NCBI GenBank assembly: GCA_963973995.1
Contig: CAXBCO010000003.1
Span: 133,273 to 197,272, forward strand
Direction of reading: 5' to 3'
From: an uncultured Alphaproteobacteria bacterium
GTDB taxonomy: Bacteria > Pseudomonadota > Alphaproteobacteria > Caulobacterales > Hyphomonadaceae
DNA: 64,000 nt
Shown: positions 43,043 through 53,200 of the stretch, one piece after another
How the letters are laid out: each line of letters begins with the position of its first letter
Numbering within the stretch: the first letter of the stretch is position 1
The notes under the pieces: model-generated
What the model was told of the DNA's origin: nothing
Databases searched by the model: none
Seen by the model: the letters and a program-made list of their open reading frames with translations, nothing else
Position numbers and translations under genes: made by a program

Positions 43043-44245
43043 CTAGCTGCCAAAAACCAGCCTGGCTGTACGCTGAGACGTCGAGAACGCCGCTTCTTCG
43101 TTCGCCGCCTCGCCGCCTGCCTGTGATTTGTGCAGCGCCTGTGCCGAGAAGGCCGCCGAAAGCGACCAGTTCCAATAGCGCAACGTCGTCTGTGCTTTCG
43201 CAACGGTGAGCAACTCGTAAGTCTCTGCCACCAGTTCAAACTGGGGATGTATCTGACCGTCATCGATTTCGAGCGGACGGCGCAGAGCCGACCAGAGCAC
43301 AGGCAGGAATTCGCGTTTCACGCCAGTCGCCTTGCAGAGGACTGCAACGCCCTCGCCGCCGGGATCGGAGAGTATCTTGGCAATGGTCACAGGCTTGATC
43401 CCGCAAAGGTATCCGATCTCTTGCGCGAGCTCAGACGTCATGCCTTCCAGCGCCGCTGAATTTATAGCGCTTTCAAGGCTTTCGAAGGGGCTCCTGTCGA
43501 GCGCCTCGCGATTGCGCTGGCGCCGCTCGATGAGCTGCAATGCCTTGCGCGCAACCGGATCCGCCCATTTTTCGGACGCCATGATCTCGAAGACGTCCTT
43601 ACATGTTTCGATCACCTCGATCCGGTCGGCTGAATGGCGCTGCAATATCTTGCGACGTGTGGGACTGTCCGACCACCAGAACATCGCCATCGCCTGGGAA
43701 GGACGCAGTTCAAGACGCTCGACAAGCAGCGCACACAGCTGGGACTCGTCACGCGAGCGCATGACCAGTTTGTCGATCGCGGATTCCGGCAGCACTGCCC
43801 CGGCATTCTCGACCATTTCGCGAACGACGTGCGATTCGCCATGCTCGGCGAGCGCGACACACACGCCTGGTGCCACGACCTTGCGGCGGGCAATGGCCAG
43901 GCGGTGATCGCTCGATGTGGCCTCAACGATCTCGCTGAGATCGCTGGCATCGAACGCCTCGTTCTGTTCCAGGAGTGGTTGCGCAATCTCGAAAGCGCTC
44001 TGGGCGAGATAGCGCAGCAGGCGGCGCGGCGCTTCCCGGCTGGTCGCCAGTCGGGACGCGCACAGCATGCGCTCGCGTGTGTTCGCATGAAAAAGCATGT
44101 CGAGCAGGATATCGCCGACCATGTTGCGATCCTGGTGAGCCAGTCGGGAGGCAGGCATCGCCACAAGGTCGAGCAGCCGCCTGAACAAGGCGTCTCGCGC
44201 GCGTCCGATTCGCGGCGGATTCATTGGATCGTCCATATCGTCCAT
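43043..44245 (-). CDS. Conserved hypothetical helical-repeat protein, possibly DUF2336, 400 aa
   Basis: ATG start. Alpha-helical repeat-like composition. The DUF2336 assignment is from memory of alphaproteobacterial homologues and needs an HMM check. Confidence 0.45.
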   Translation of the reverse strand: MDDMDDPMNPPRIGRARDALFRRLLDLVAMPASRLAHQDRNMVGDILLDMLFHANTRERMLCASRLATSREAPRRLLRYLAQSAFEIAQPLLEQNEAFDASDLSEIVEATSSDHRLAIARRKVVAPGVCVALAEHGESHVVREMVENAGAVLPESAIDKLVMRSRDESQLCALLVERLELRPSQAMAMFWWSDSPTRRKILQRHSADRIEVIETCKDVFEIMASEKWADPVARKALQLIERRQRNREALDRSPFESLESAINSAALEGMTSELAQEIGYLCGIKPVTIAKILSDPGGEGVAVLCKATGVKREFLPVLWSALRRPLEIDDGQIHPQFELVAETYELLTVAKAQTTLRYWNWSLSAAFSAQALHKSQAGGEAANEEAAFSTSQRTARLVFGS

Positions 44246-44326
44246 CTAGATGCCTGCATCGCAATGGCACCAGATTGAACCGAAAGCGTTAACGACCGGT
44301 ACAGACGGCGGCGACAAATACCCGTG

Positions 44327-44782
44327 TCAGTCGCGCGATCCGGGATGAACCACCAGCACCAGCAGGCTCGCGACCAGCATGATGATCGCCAGACTGAAGA
44401 GCATGCCACCGTCTGTCTGCGTGCTAGCCGGGTCAAGCGATACCGGAACCTCGCGGCCCAGATAGGGCGACAGATGGAACGCCACAGCGCCGCCAAGGAC
44501 TGCCGCAGAGATGACGGCACCCAGGCGCCGGGTGAAGGGCAGGAGCAGGAAAAACGCGGCGATCAGCTCGAGCGCTCCGGTCAGAACCCTGCCGGCGGGT
44601 TCGAACAGGGTCTGGCCCGTACGGTCTGCGATTGTCTGGAACACGATATTGGCCCCGGGCGGGTCAAAAAACTTGACCGACCCTTCCGGCGGGTTGGGGA
44701 GCGGATAGATGGTCGCCTGTACAAACATGGCTATCAGAAAGAGCGCAAGGGCCCAGCTGGCGAGTTGCCTGAACAGTCTCAT
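44327..44782 (-). CDS. DoxX-family membrane protein
   Basis: Four hydrophobic helices in about 150 aa. I chose the ATG at 44782, which has a GGTGGAG RBS. The ORF-track start at 44818 is a GTG. Confidence 0.6.
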   Translation of the reverse strand: MRLFRQLASWALALFLIAMFVQATIYPLPNPPEGSVKFFDPPGANIVFQTIADRTGQTLFEPAGRVLTGALELIAAFFLLLPFTRRLGAVISAAVLGGAVAFHLSPYLGREVPVSLDPASTQTDGGMLFSLAIIMLVASLLVLVVHPGSRD

Positions 44783-44979
44783 GATACTCCACCCGTGGCT
44801 TGTACTTCGAACATACACCGCTACTGACGGTACAAACTGGGCGACTCAAAGGCAACTGACCCAAACCTGCCATTCCCGCACCCGCCCTGATCGGCTACCC
44901 CTGCGATGGCGCGGTATCTGATTTTACTTTTATCGATCCGGCGCTCAACATACAGTCGCGATCGCCGACGGGAGCTGGA

Positions 44980-46431
44980 ATGAGCGACAGGATCGAAGAA
45001 CTCGTTGACGACATGGTCGAGGATGCCGTGGGCGACGTCACGTCTCCAGTCAGCGGCATCAGCGAAGCGCTTGGTGCGGGCGCCTCCCTCCTGTCGACCG
45101 CAACGCACTGGCGGGCGAAGCGCCTGCGCCGCGGCGTGCGCATCGAACTGCCCGCATATTTGATGGTCCAGTGCAGCTGGTTCATGGCCTTCGGGCTTCA
45201 GATGGTGCTGTTCCCCTACCTGATCACCGGCCAGGACCATCTTCATATGGACGGTCTTGCGCTGGGACTGGCCAACATGGCGCTTTCCGCGCCGTCGGTC
45301 ATATTCCTCCTGATTGGCGGCGTGGTGGCCGAGCGCGCCGATGGTCGGCGCCTGCTGATCGTCCTGCATCTCCTGGCAGCGATACCCGCCCTCTTCCTGG
45401 CCCTGGCTGTCGCGCGCGGTCAGCTGACCTATCCCGGCATGATCATCTACGGGCTGACGATTGGCACGGTCGGCGCGTTCATGATGCCGGCCCGCGACTC
45501 GATCGTGAACGAGGTCGTTGAACGGCGCATGCGCGTCGGCTCCAATGTCACGCTCCAGCTTGGCGTCACGCTGGCCACAATGGCGCAGTTCCTGGCCCAG
45601 ATCGCAGGCCTGGTCCTTGCGGGCTATGCCGACAAGATGACCCGCATGCCACAATGGTTGGGCGGTTTCGGCATCGGCCCCATCGCCGCCGACAAGCTGT
45701 TGCTGGCGCAGGGCGGCGTTCTTGTGCTCGGTACGCTGTTTGCGCTCAACCTGGCAAAAGGACGACAGGTCCGGACGGGGCGCAGCGGAATCGGCGCAGC
45801 GTTCGGGGACATTGCCGAGGGTTTCCGCGCCGTCCGTTCCGATGGCAGGCTCTGGGCCATGACCGCCCTTATGTTCGGCGTCGGCATTTTCGTGATCGGC
45901 GCTTTTCTCGTGGTCCTGCCCATCGTCAACCGCGACATCTACGGCTTCGGGTCGGATGGTATCCGCGACATGTTCGTGACCTTCTGGATGGGCGCCTTCG
46001 TGTCGTCGGTCGTCCTGTCGATCTTCCGGCGCATCAAGCGGCAGGGACGCCTGCTGCTGGTCGCGCAGTTTCTCGGATCCAGCAGTATCCTCGCCATGAT
46101 GTGGGAGATCCCCCACTGGGCCTTCCTCGGCATCGTGTTCATCTGGGGTCTCGCCGCCGGCATATCGATCGCCATGAGCCGGTCGATCGTGCAGGATGCA
46201 GCACCCAAGGAGAAACTCGCCCGGGTGCTTTCAATCTACCAGCTGGGATTCATGGCAGGCGCCCCGCTTGGCGCTGCTGTCATGGGCGCGCTCGTCGACC
46301 TGTTCGGCCCGCACAGGATCGCCATCGTACCGGCCGGCGGCATGACGCTTATCATTCTCTGGATGGTGTTCTTCACACCGGTCTGGAACATGAAGGGCGA
46401 AGCGTGGAAAGAGCATGCCGCGAGGAAGTGA
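44980..46431 (+). CDS. MFS transporter, 483 aa
   Basis: GGGAG RBS. About 12 hydrophobic helices after a roughly 60-aa acidic N-terminal extension. Confidence 0.8.
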   Translation: MSDRIEELVDDMVEDAVGDVTSPVSGISEALGAGASLLSTATHWRAKRLRRGVRIELPAYLMVQCSWFMAFGLQMVLFPYLITGQDHLHMDGLALGLANMALSAPSVIFLLIGGVVAERADGRRLLIVLHLLAAIPALFLALAVARGQLTYPGMIIYGLTIGTVGAFMMPARDSIVNEVVERRMRVGSNVTLQLGVTLATMAQFLAQIAGLVLAGYADKMTRMPQWLGGFGIGPIAADKLLLAQGGVLVLGTLFALNLAKGRQVRTGRSGIGAAFGDIAEGFRAVRSDGRLWAMTALMFGVGIFVIGAFLVVLPIVNRDIYGFGSDGIRDMFVTFWMGAFVSSVVLSIFRRIKRQGRLLLVAQFLGSSSILAMMWEIPHWAFLGIVFIWGLAAGISIAMSRSIVQDAAPKEKLARVLSIYQLGFMAGAPLGAAVMGALVDLFGPHRIAIVPAGGMTLIILWMVFFTPVWNMKGEAWKEHAARK

Positions 46432-46463
46432 CACCGCGCCCGAAGCGTCCTAAATCGCTGCCC

Positions 46464-47519
46464 ATGAGCCAACTTCCCCGCGCCACGATCCATCTTTCGA
46501 ATATCGTCGCGAACTGGCGGGCGCTCGACGGGCTGCATGCAGGCGCGACCACGGCAGCTGTCGTCAAGGCAGATGCCTACGGCCTCGGCGCCGTACCGGT
46601 TGCCCGCGCACTATCGCGGGCGGGCTGCGCGACCTTCTTTGTCGCGTATCTCGAAGAAGGCCTCGCGCTGCGCAAGGCCCTGGGTCTCGGCTCGCGCATC
46701 TTCGTCCTGAACGGTCCCACCCGGAAGGAAATGTCGGCCTATGTCGCGGCGGGCCTGACCGCCGTATTGTCGTCACCCGACCATGTCAAAGCCTGGTCGT
46801 CCGCGCCAAGGGGCACGTCGGCGCTGCATTTCGATACGGGCATGAACCGGCTCGGCCTCAAGAACGAAATGCTCGGCACCTCTCTGACGGCCCTGCAGAA
46901 ACTGCAGCCTGTCCTTGTCATGAGCCACCTCGCCTGCGCCGACGAGACAGGCCACAAAATGAACGCAGCCCAGCGCAGCGCATTCGACGATATTGCCGCG
47001 GCCTTTCCGGACACGCCGGCGAGCCTTGCAAACTCGGCCGGCTGCTATCTCGGCAAGGACTTCGGGTATGACCTGACCCGGCCCGGGCTCGCCCTTTACG
47101 GCGGCTCGCGGCCCCCGAAAGGACTCCGGATAAGCCCCGGACTGACTCTGGACGCCACCATACTCAGCGTGTTCGATGGCATTCTCGGCGACACGGTCGG
47201 CTATGGTGCAACCCGGACGCTCGAACAGGACACCCAGCTCGCCACGGTCGGCATCGGCTATGCCGACGGCCTGTTGCGGTCCGGCAGCAACGCGTTCCTC
47301 GCCTATCTCGATGGCGTCCCGTGCCCGGTCGTCGGGCGCATTTCGATGGACCTGACGACGATTGATGTTTCTAAGGCACAGGATAGAGCAAAAGCAGGCG
47401 CGCGCGTTGAATTCATCGGCGAGCATGCCAAACTTGAGGATCAGGCCGCCCGCGCGGGCACGCTTGGCTATGAACTACTGACGGGGCTCAGCAATCGTGT
47501 CGAACGTGTCTATGCTTAA
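46464..47519 (+). CDS. alr: Alanine racemase
   Basis: PLP-lysine motif AAVVKADAYGLGA. C-terminal RISMDLTTIDV... and GTLGYELLTGL. I chose the internal ATG at 46464 because the upstream part of the ORF overlaps the MFS gene. Confidence 0.9.
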   Translation: MSQLPRATIHLSNIVANWRALDGLHAGATTAAVVKADAYGLGAVPVARALSRAGCATFFVAYLEEGLALRKALGLGSRIFVLNGPTRKEMSAYVAAGLTAVLSSPDHVKAWSSAPRGTSALHFDTGMNRLGLKNEMLGTSLTALQKLQPVLVMSHLACADETGHKMNAAQRSAFDDIAAAFPDTPASLANSAGCYLGKDFGYDLTRPGLALYGGSRPPKGLRISPGLTLDATILSVFDGILGDTVGYGATRTLEQDTQLATVGIGYADGLLRSGSNAFLAYLDGVPCPVVGRISMDLTTIDVSKAQDRAKAGARVEFIGEHAKLEDQAARAGTLGYELLTGLSNRVERVYA

Positions 47520-48309
47520 GAACGGCTTTCCCAATCCCCTGCGCTGGATCGGAGCCGGCGTTCTCGGCTTTTTTGCCGAGATTGGCCGCCTGTCGACATT
47601 CGCAGGCCGCGTGACGTTTGCCGCGTTCACGCCCCGCTGGTTCTGGGGCGAGATCGGGCGCCAGATCATCCGGATCGGCTTCTATTCATTCCCGGTCGTC
47701 GGCATGTCGGCGGTCTTCATCGGCGCCGCACTCGCCCTCAACATCTATACCGGCGGCAGCCGCTATGGCGCCGAACAATTCGTGCCCAATATCGTCGTGC
47801 TCGGCATTACACGTGAACTCGGCGCCGTGATTACCGGCCTGATGCTCGCCGGGCGTGTCTCGGCCGGCATTTCGGCGGAAATCGGCGCCATGCGCGTGAC
47901 CGAGCAGATCGACGCCCTCGAGACCCTCTCGGCCTCCCCCTACCGCTATCTCTACGCCCCCCGCTTCCTGGCCGCACTCATCACACTGCCCATGCTGGTG
48001 GCGGCCGCCAACATCATCGGCGTGATGGGCGGCTGGCTGGTCAGCGTCTACAGCCTGGGTTTCGACTCGACGACCTACCTGCGCAACACGCTCGATTTCG
48101 TCACCCGCGACGACATCATGGTCGGCCTGATCAAGGCCGTCGTCTTTGGCGGCGTCATTGCGGTCATGGGCTGCTACCAGGGCGATCGTTCGCAGGCTGG
48201 TGCAACAGGCGTGGGCCGGGCGGCGACCCTGTCCATGGTCGGCGCTGCCGTGCTCGTCCTGGCGACCAATTTCGTCCTGTCCAACCTGTTCGTGGAGATT
48301 GGCCTGTGA
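47512..48309 (+). CDS. mlaE: MlaE-family ABC transporter permease
   Basis: About 5-6 helices with typical MlaE/YrbE conservation (TGGSRYGAEQFVPNIVVLGITRELGAVITGLMLAGR). The ATG at 47512 overlaps the alr stop by 8 nt. Confidence 0.8.
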   Translation: MLKNGFPNPLRWIGAGVLGFFAEIGRLSTFAGRVTFAAFTPRWFWGEIGRQIIRIGFYSFPVVGMSAVFIGAALALNIYTGGSRYGAEQFVPNIVVLGITRELGAVITGLMLAGRVSAGISAEIGAMRVTEQIDALETLSASPYRYLYAPRFLAALITLPMLVAAANIIGVMGGWLVSVYSLGFDSTTYLRNTLDFVTRDDIMVGLIKAVVFGGVIAVMGCYQGDRSQAGATGVGRAATLSMVGAAVLVLATNFVLSNLFVEIGL

Positions 48310-49070
48310 CCCAGCCCATCCTGAAACTGGAAGGCATCGAAAAATCGTTCGGTCGCAACAATGTCCTGCGCGGCGTCGATCTTGACGTCGCGCCAGGCCA
48401 GAGCCTTGTCGTGATCGGCGGCTCGGGCTCGGGCAAATCGGTCATGCTCAAGGTCGCGCTGGGCCTGATGACGCCAACGGCCGGCAAAGTGCTCTTCGAC
48501 GGCCATGACGTGACCAATTCCACTGGCAAGACACGCGAATCCATGCGCGCCCGCGTCGGCATGCTGTTCCAGGCCGGCGCGCTGTTCGACAGCCTCACCG
48601 TCTGGGAGAATGTCGCCTTCCGCCTGATCAATGCCGACGGCGTGAAGCGGCGCGACGCCAGGGAACGCGCGATCGAGACGCTGAAGAAAGTGCGCCTTGG
48701 TTCGGAAGTCGCTGGCCTGTATCCAGCCGAAATCTCCGGCGGCATGCAGAAACGCGTGTCGCTTGCCCGCTCGATCATCTCCGAACCAGACCTGATCTTC
48801 TTCGACGAGCCGACTACCGGCCTCGACCCGATTACCGCCGACGCCATCAACGACCTGATCATCGAACAGGTGCGCGGCCTCGGCGCAGCGACCGTGACCA
48901 TCACGCACGACATGAGCTCGGCCCGCAAGATTGCCGACGAAGTGGCCATGCTGTTCGAGGGCCGGATCATCTGGCGCGGCAAGGCCGATGACGTCGATCA
49001 TAGCGGCAACGACTTTGTCGACCAGTTCGTCCATGGCCGGGCGGATGGGCCGATCCAGCCAGCAATTTAG
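48306..49070 (+). CDS. mlaF: MlaF-family ABC transporter ATP-binding protein
   Basis: GTG start in a GTGA overlap with the mlaE stop. Walker A GGSGSGKS, signature ISGGMQKRVSLAR, Walker B LIFFDEPT. Confidence 0.9.
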   Translation: MTQPILKLEGIEKSFGRNNVLRGVDLDVAPGQSLVVIGGSGSGKSVMLKVALGLMTPTAGKVLFDGHDVTNSTGKTRESMRARVGMLFQAGALFDSLTVWENVAFRLINADGVKRRDARERAIETLKKVRLGSEVAGLYPAEISGGMQKRVSLARSIISEPDLIFFDEPTTGLDPITADAINDLIIEQVRGLGAATVTITHDMSSARKIADEVAMLFEGRIIWRGKADDVDHSGNDFVDQFVHGRADGPIQPAI

Positions 49071-49127
49071 GCTGGCAATCCACTCGCCACCGTCTAACCT
49101 GAAGCATGAGTTCGGGGGAGACGCACC

Positions 49128-49730
49128 ATGCTGGATTTCATCAAATACATATCCGTGGCGTTCACGGCGCTGTCGCTCGGCTTCACCGGCTGGCTGCAAT
49201 ACGAGAAATTCCGGCTCGACGGCGAGTGGCACATCGACACCTGCACGGTCGAAGCCGACCTGAAGGCCTATGAAGGCCTCCACCTGGCCTGGCGCGTCTT
49301 TCTGTCCGACGATCCGCTCTCGGCGCCGGTGGTCGGTGATGGCGAGAAGGTGGAGGAGGCATTCGAACCGATTCCATCGGCCGGCCGCTATCCGGTCCGC
49401 CTCGTCGGCACCAAGGAAATCAACTCCGTCAGCCTGACGGGCCGCTTTGAAGGCGCCCGCCGCGCCTCCACCGGACGCTTCGAGTTCCACCCGACGCTCT
49501 CCAAGCGCCTCTTCTCCGGCTACATCCCCTTCTACCAGCGCAACGCAGACGTGCTGGACGGCAGCTTCGCCTTCACCGCCGGCAATGCCCGCGGCCCCGC
49601 CCGCGCCGTACGCCTGACAGACGGGAAGATGCCGGAGGGCGTTGCGGCCTTTACCTGCGACGCGCCAGAGCGGCCAGAAGCAGAAGAATTGCCAGCAGCG
49701 GACCTTTCGCCGACCCCCGACACACCCTAG
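49128..49730 (+). CDS. Hypothetical single-pass membrane protein, 200 aa
   Basis: GGGGGAG RBS. One N-terminal helix (YISVAFTALSLGFTGWL). GC3-rich codons. No MCE-domain-like pattern is visible. Confidence 0.6.
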   Translation: MLDFIKYISVAFTALSLGFTGWLQYEKFRLDGEWHIDTCTVEADLKAYEGLHLAWRVFLSDDPLSAPVVGDGEKVEEAFEPIPSAGRYPVRLVGTKEINSVSLTGRFEGARRASTGRFEFHPTLSKRLFSGYIPFYQRNADVLDGSFAFTAGNARGPARAVRLTDGKMPEGVAAFTCDAPERPEAEELPAADLSPTPDTP

Positions 49731-49739
49731 CTTCGCCGC

Positions 49740-51122
49740 ATGGCCAAGACATCCACTTCCGCTTTCGTTTGCCAGTCCTGTGGCGAGGTTCATTCCAAGT
49801 GGACCGGCAAGTGCAATGGCTGCGGCGAATGGAACACGCTCGTCGAGGAAGCGGTTGCCGCCGTGCCGGGCGGCCTTGCGCCGGCCAAGGCCGGCACGAA
49901 ACGCAGCAGCAAGATTGAATTCGTCGCCCTCAACGACCGGGCCGACCCGCCAAAGCGGATCATCATGGGCGTCGAGGAACTCGATCGTGCCTTTGGTGGC
50001 GGCCTCGTTCCGTCCTCCGCCACGCTGATCGGCGGCGATCCCGGTATCGGAAAATCGACGCTGCTGCTGCAGGTCGCCGCGCGCCTCGCCCGCAACGGCC
50101 TGAAGACCGTCTATGTCTCCGGCGAGGAAGCCGCCGCCCAGATCCAGGAACGCGCGATCCGCCTGAAAGTCGCCGACAGCCCTGTCCAGCTCGCCACCGA
50201 GACTGACCTGCGCAAGATCCTGTCTGCCCTGAAAGCCGCCGAACCGGATTTCGTGGTGATCGATTCGATCCAGACCATGTGGTCAGACAGTCTCGAAGCC
50301 GCGCCCGGCTCCGTCGGGCAGGTCCGCGCCTGCGCACAGGAGCTGACCCGATGGGCCAAGAAATCCGGCGCCGCGCTGGTCCTCGTCGGCCACGTGACCA
50401 AGGAGGGCAACATTGCCGGTCCGCGCGTCGTCGAACACATGGTCGACACTGTCTTCTATTTCGAAGGCGAACGCGGCCACCAGTTCCGCATCCTGCGCGC
50501 CACCAAGAATCGCTTTGGCCCGACCGACGAAATCGGCATTTTCGAAATGCACCAATATGGCCTTGCCCCCGCCAAGGAGCCCTCTGCCCTCTTCCTGTCG
50601 CCAGATGGGGAAGCCGCAGGCGGCTCTGCCGTCTTCGCCGCAATGGAAGGGTCGCGCCCCGTGCTGGCCGAAGTGCAGGCCCTGGTCGCCAAGAGCGCCT
50701 ATGGCACGCCGCGGCGCAGCGTGATCGGCTGGGATGCCGGTCGCCTCGCCATGTTGCTGGCCGTGCTCGAAGCGCGCTGCGGCGTCGGCTTCGCCGGCAT
50801 GGACGTCTACCTCACCGTCGCAGGCGGGTATCGCATTGGCGAACCGGCCGGCGATCTTGCCGCCGCTGCCGCATTGCTGACCTCGCTTTCGGACGCCGCT
50901 GCGCCGGAACGATCCGTGTTCTTTGGCGAGGTTTCCCTCTCCGGCGCCGTCCGCCCCGTGGCGCGGATCGAGCAGCGGCTCAAGGAAGCGGCCCGACTGG
51001 GATTCGTACACGCCTATGTGCCGGAAGGCAGTCCAAGCTCAGTCGATGGCTTGACGATCACTCCGATTAAGAGGCTTATCCAGCTCGTTGAGTTGCTTGC
51101 CCCGGACGCCCTGAATGCTTGA
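49740..51122 (+). CDS. radA: DNA repair protein RadA
   Basis: N-terminal zinc finger CQSCGEVHSKWTGKCNGCGEW. Walker A GGDPGIGKST. KNRFG motif. Lon-like C-terminal domain. Confidence 0.95.
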   Translation: MAKTSTSAFVCQSCGEVHSKWTGKCNGCGEWNTLVEEAVAAVPGGLAPAKAGTKRSSKIEFVALNDRADPPKRIIMGVEELDRAFGGGLVPSSATLIGGDPGIGKSTLLLQVAARLARNGLKTVYVSGEEAAAQIQERAIRLKVADSPVQLATETDLRKILSALKAAEPDFVVIDSIQTMWSDSLEAAPGSVGQVRACAQELTRWAKKSGAALVLVGHVTKEGNIAGPRVVEHMVDTVFYFEGERGHQFRILRATKNRFGPTDEIGIFEMHQYGLAPAKEPSALFLSPDGEAAGGSAVFAAMEGSRPVLAEVQALVAKSAYGTPRRSVIGWDAGRLAMLLAVLEARCGVGFAGMDVYLTVAGGYRIGEPAGDLAAAAALLTSLSDAAAPERSVFFGEVSLSGAVRPVARIEQRLKEAARLGFVHAYVPEGSPSSVDGLTITPIKRLIQLVELLAPDALNA

Positions 51123-51684
51123 TTCTGTTACAGCTTTCGACGCCATCGCCGTGGCAGTGATCGTCATCTCCGCCATTATGGCTTTCGCACGCGGGTTTCT
51201 GCGCGAAGTGGCCACGATGGGCGCCTTCATCGGCGCTATAACGGCCGCCGTCTTTGCCCGGAAATTGTTCACCGAAGATCTCACCGCCCTGCTGCCCGAG
51301 AGCATGTCGCAGCTTGATCTCATCATATTCACCTTGCCGACGGCGGATGCGTTGCTGATCGTTTCGGCTTTCGTCGGCGCTTACGTCCTGGTCGCCTGGT
51401 TCGGCCAGCGCTTGTCGAAAAGTATACAGGGCGCCGACGGTATCGGCATGTTCGACCATTTCGCCGGACTGGCGTTCGGTGTCGCCCGAGGCTTTGTCGC
51501 CCTCGTTTTCTTCGTCGTGCTTCTGCACCTCGCGCTCGATGAAAACCGGATCCCCGGCTTCATCCAGAACGCGGCCTGCTATCCCGTGCTCAGCAATGTT
51601 GCCGATTATGTGAACGAGAATGCCACAAAAGTCGGCCGGGAAGTGCAAACTTCCCTTCCCTCGAAGGCCGAAACAAGCCAATAG
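51115..51684 (+). CDS. cvpA: CvpA family membrane protein
   Basis: Four hydrophobic helices. Sits between radA and purF. Overlaps radA by 8 nt. Confidence 0.8.
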   Translation: MLDSVTAFDAIAVAVIVISAIMAFARGFLREVATMGAFIGAITAAVFARKLFTEDLTALLPESMSQLDLIIFTLPTADALLIVSAFVGAYVLVAWFGQRLSKSIQGADGIGMFDHFAGLAFGVARGFVALVFFVVLLHLALDENRIPGFIQNAACYPVLSNVADYVNENATKVGREVQTSLPSKAETSQ

Positions 51685-51727
51685 GGCGTCACGAACCTGT
51701 CACGCACAAAGGAGGCTACGGTCTCAT

Positions 51728-53179
51728 ATGGTCCTGTTCGATCATGACGATGACAAACCGCGCGAAGAGTGCGGTGTATTTGGAATTTACGGCAATAACG
51801 AAGCCAGCCTCTACACTGCGCTCGGGCTTCACGCCCTGCAGCATCGCGGTCAGGAAGCCTGCGGCATCACCACATTCGATGGCAAACGCTTCCCGTCCGA
51901 GCGGCACATGGGCCTTGTCGGCGATCATTTCGGCGGTGACCTTCGCACCCGCCTGCCCGGCTATGCAGCGATTGGCCACAATCGCTATTCGACCCAAGGC
52001 CGGCCGATGCTGCGCAACATCCAGCCGATCTTTGCCGACCTGTCGTTCGGCGGCTTTGCCGTCGCCCATAATGGCAACCTGACCAATGCCCGCGAACTGC
52101 GCCACAAGCTGGTCCGTGACGGCGCCATCTTCCAGTCCACGATGGACACCGAAGTCATCCTCCACCTTGTCGCCCGCAGCCCCAAGCCCCGTTTCATGGA
52201 CCGTCTGGTCGATGCGTTGCAACAGATCGAAGGCGGTTACGCGCTGGTCGGCCTGACCGGCAAGAAGCTGATCGGCGCACGCGACCCGATCGGCCTGCGC
52301 CCCCTCGTCATCGGCAAGCTGGGCGAAGCCTATGTGCTCGCCTCGGAAACGTGCGCCCTCGACATTATCGGCGCCGAGTTCGTGCGCGAAGTCGAGAATG
52401 GCGAAATGGTCGTGATCACCGATGACGGCATCGAATCGATCCGCGCCTTCCCGCCGCGCGCCTCCAGCCCGTGCGTGTTCGAATATGTCTACTTTGCGCG
52501 TCCCGACAGTGTTGTGCAGGGCCGTTCGATCTATCAGGTGCGACGCCGCATGGGCCACCAGCTGGCCGCGGAAACGGGGGTAGACGCCGATGTGATCGTG
52601 CCGGTTCCGGACAGCGGCGTGCCCGCAGCGCTCGGCTATTCGGAAGCCTCCGGCATTCCGTTCGGCATGGGCATCATCCGTAACCACTATGTGGGGCGGA
52701 CGTTCATCCAGCCGACCCAGGTTGGCCGGCAAGCCGCGATCTCCAAGAAGCACAGCCCGAACCGCTCGGTACTGGAGGGCAAGCGCGTGATCCTCGTCGA
52801 CGATTCCATCGTGCGCGGCAACACGTCGAAAAAGATCGTCCAGATGGTGCGCGAAGCGGGCGCGAAGGAAATTCACCTGCGTTCGGCCAGCCCGCCCATC
52901 GTGAATCCGGATTTCTACGGAATCGACATGGCGGCCAAATCCGAACTCTTCGCGGCGATCCACACGCACGAGGAAATGGTGCGCGAACTCAAGGTCGACA
53001 GTCTCGGCTTCCTCTCCGTGCCCGGTCTCTACAAGGCCATCGGTGAGCCGGTCCGCAATGCCATGCAGCCGCAATTCGCCGACCATTGCTTTACCGGCGA
53101 CTATCCGACTCCGCTGGTCGACCACCAGCACGACGAATCCGACAAGGAGCGCCAGCTCTCCCTGCTGGACGACACGTAG
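51728..53179 (+). CDS. purF: Amidophosphoribosyltransferase
   Basis: Ntn Cys in EECGVFGIYG. PRPP-binding loop VILVDDSIVRGNTS. DSGVPAALGYS motif. Confidence 0.95.
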   Translation: MVLFDHDDDKPREECGVFGIYGNNEASLYTALGLHALQHRGQEACGITTFDGKRFPSERHMGLVGDHFGGDLRTRLPGYAAIGHNRYSTQGRPMLRNIQPIFADLSFGGFAVAHNGNLTNARELRHKLVRDGAIFQSTMDTEVILHLVARSPKPRFMDRLVDALQQIEGGYALVGLTGKKLIGARDPIGLRPLVIGKLGEAYVLASETCALDIIGAEFVREVENGEMVVITDDGIESIRAFPPRASSPCVFEYVYFARPDSVVQGRSIYQVRRRMGHQLAAETGVDADVIVPVPDSGVPAALGYSEASGIPFGMGIIRNHYVGRTFIQPTQVGRQAAISKKHSPNRSVLEGKRVILVDDSIVRGNTSKKIVQMVREAGAKEIHLRSASPPIVNPDFYGIDMAAKSELFAAIHTHEEMVRELKVDSLGFLSVPGLYKAIGEPVRNAMQPQFADHCFTGDYPTPLVDHQHDESDKERQLSLLDDT

Positions 53180-53200
53180 GCGCTGCGATAAAGGCGCGTC

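Noticed and set aside
44821-46116. 431-aa minus-strand ORF
   Set aside because: It is antisense to the MFS transporter gene. It is highly charged, His/Asp/Arg-rich and low-complexity, so it is a shadow ORF.
45654-46463. The N-terminal ~270 codons of the 621-aa ORF 45654-47519
   Set aside because: This part overlaps the MFS gene in another frame and has Arg/Pro-rich shadow composition. The alanine racemase homology begins at the ATG at 46464.
48174-49793. 539-aa minus-strand ORF
   Set aside because: It is antisense to mlaF and the 200-aa membrane protein gene. It has shadow-frame composition and no recognisable domains.
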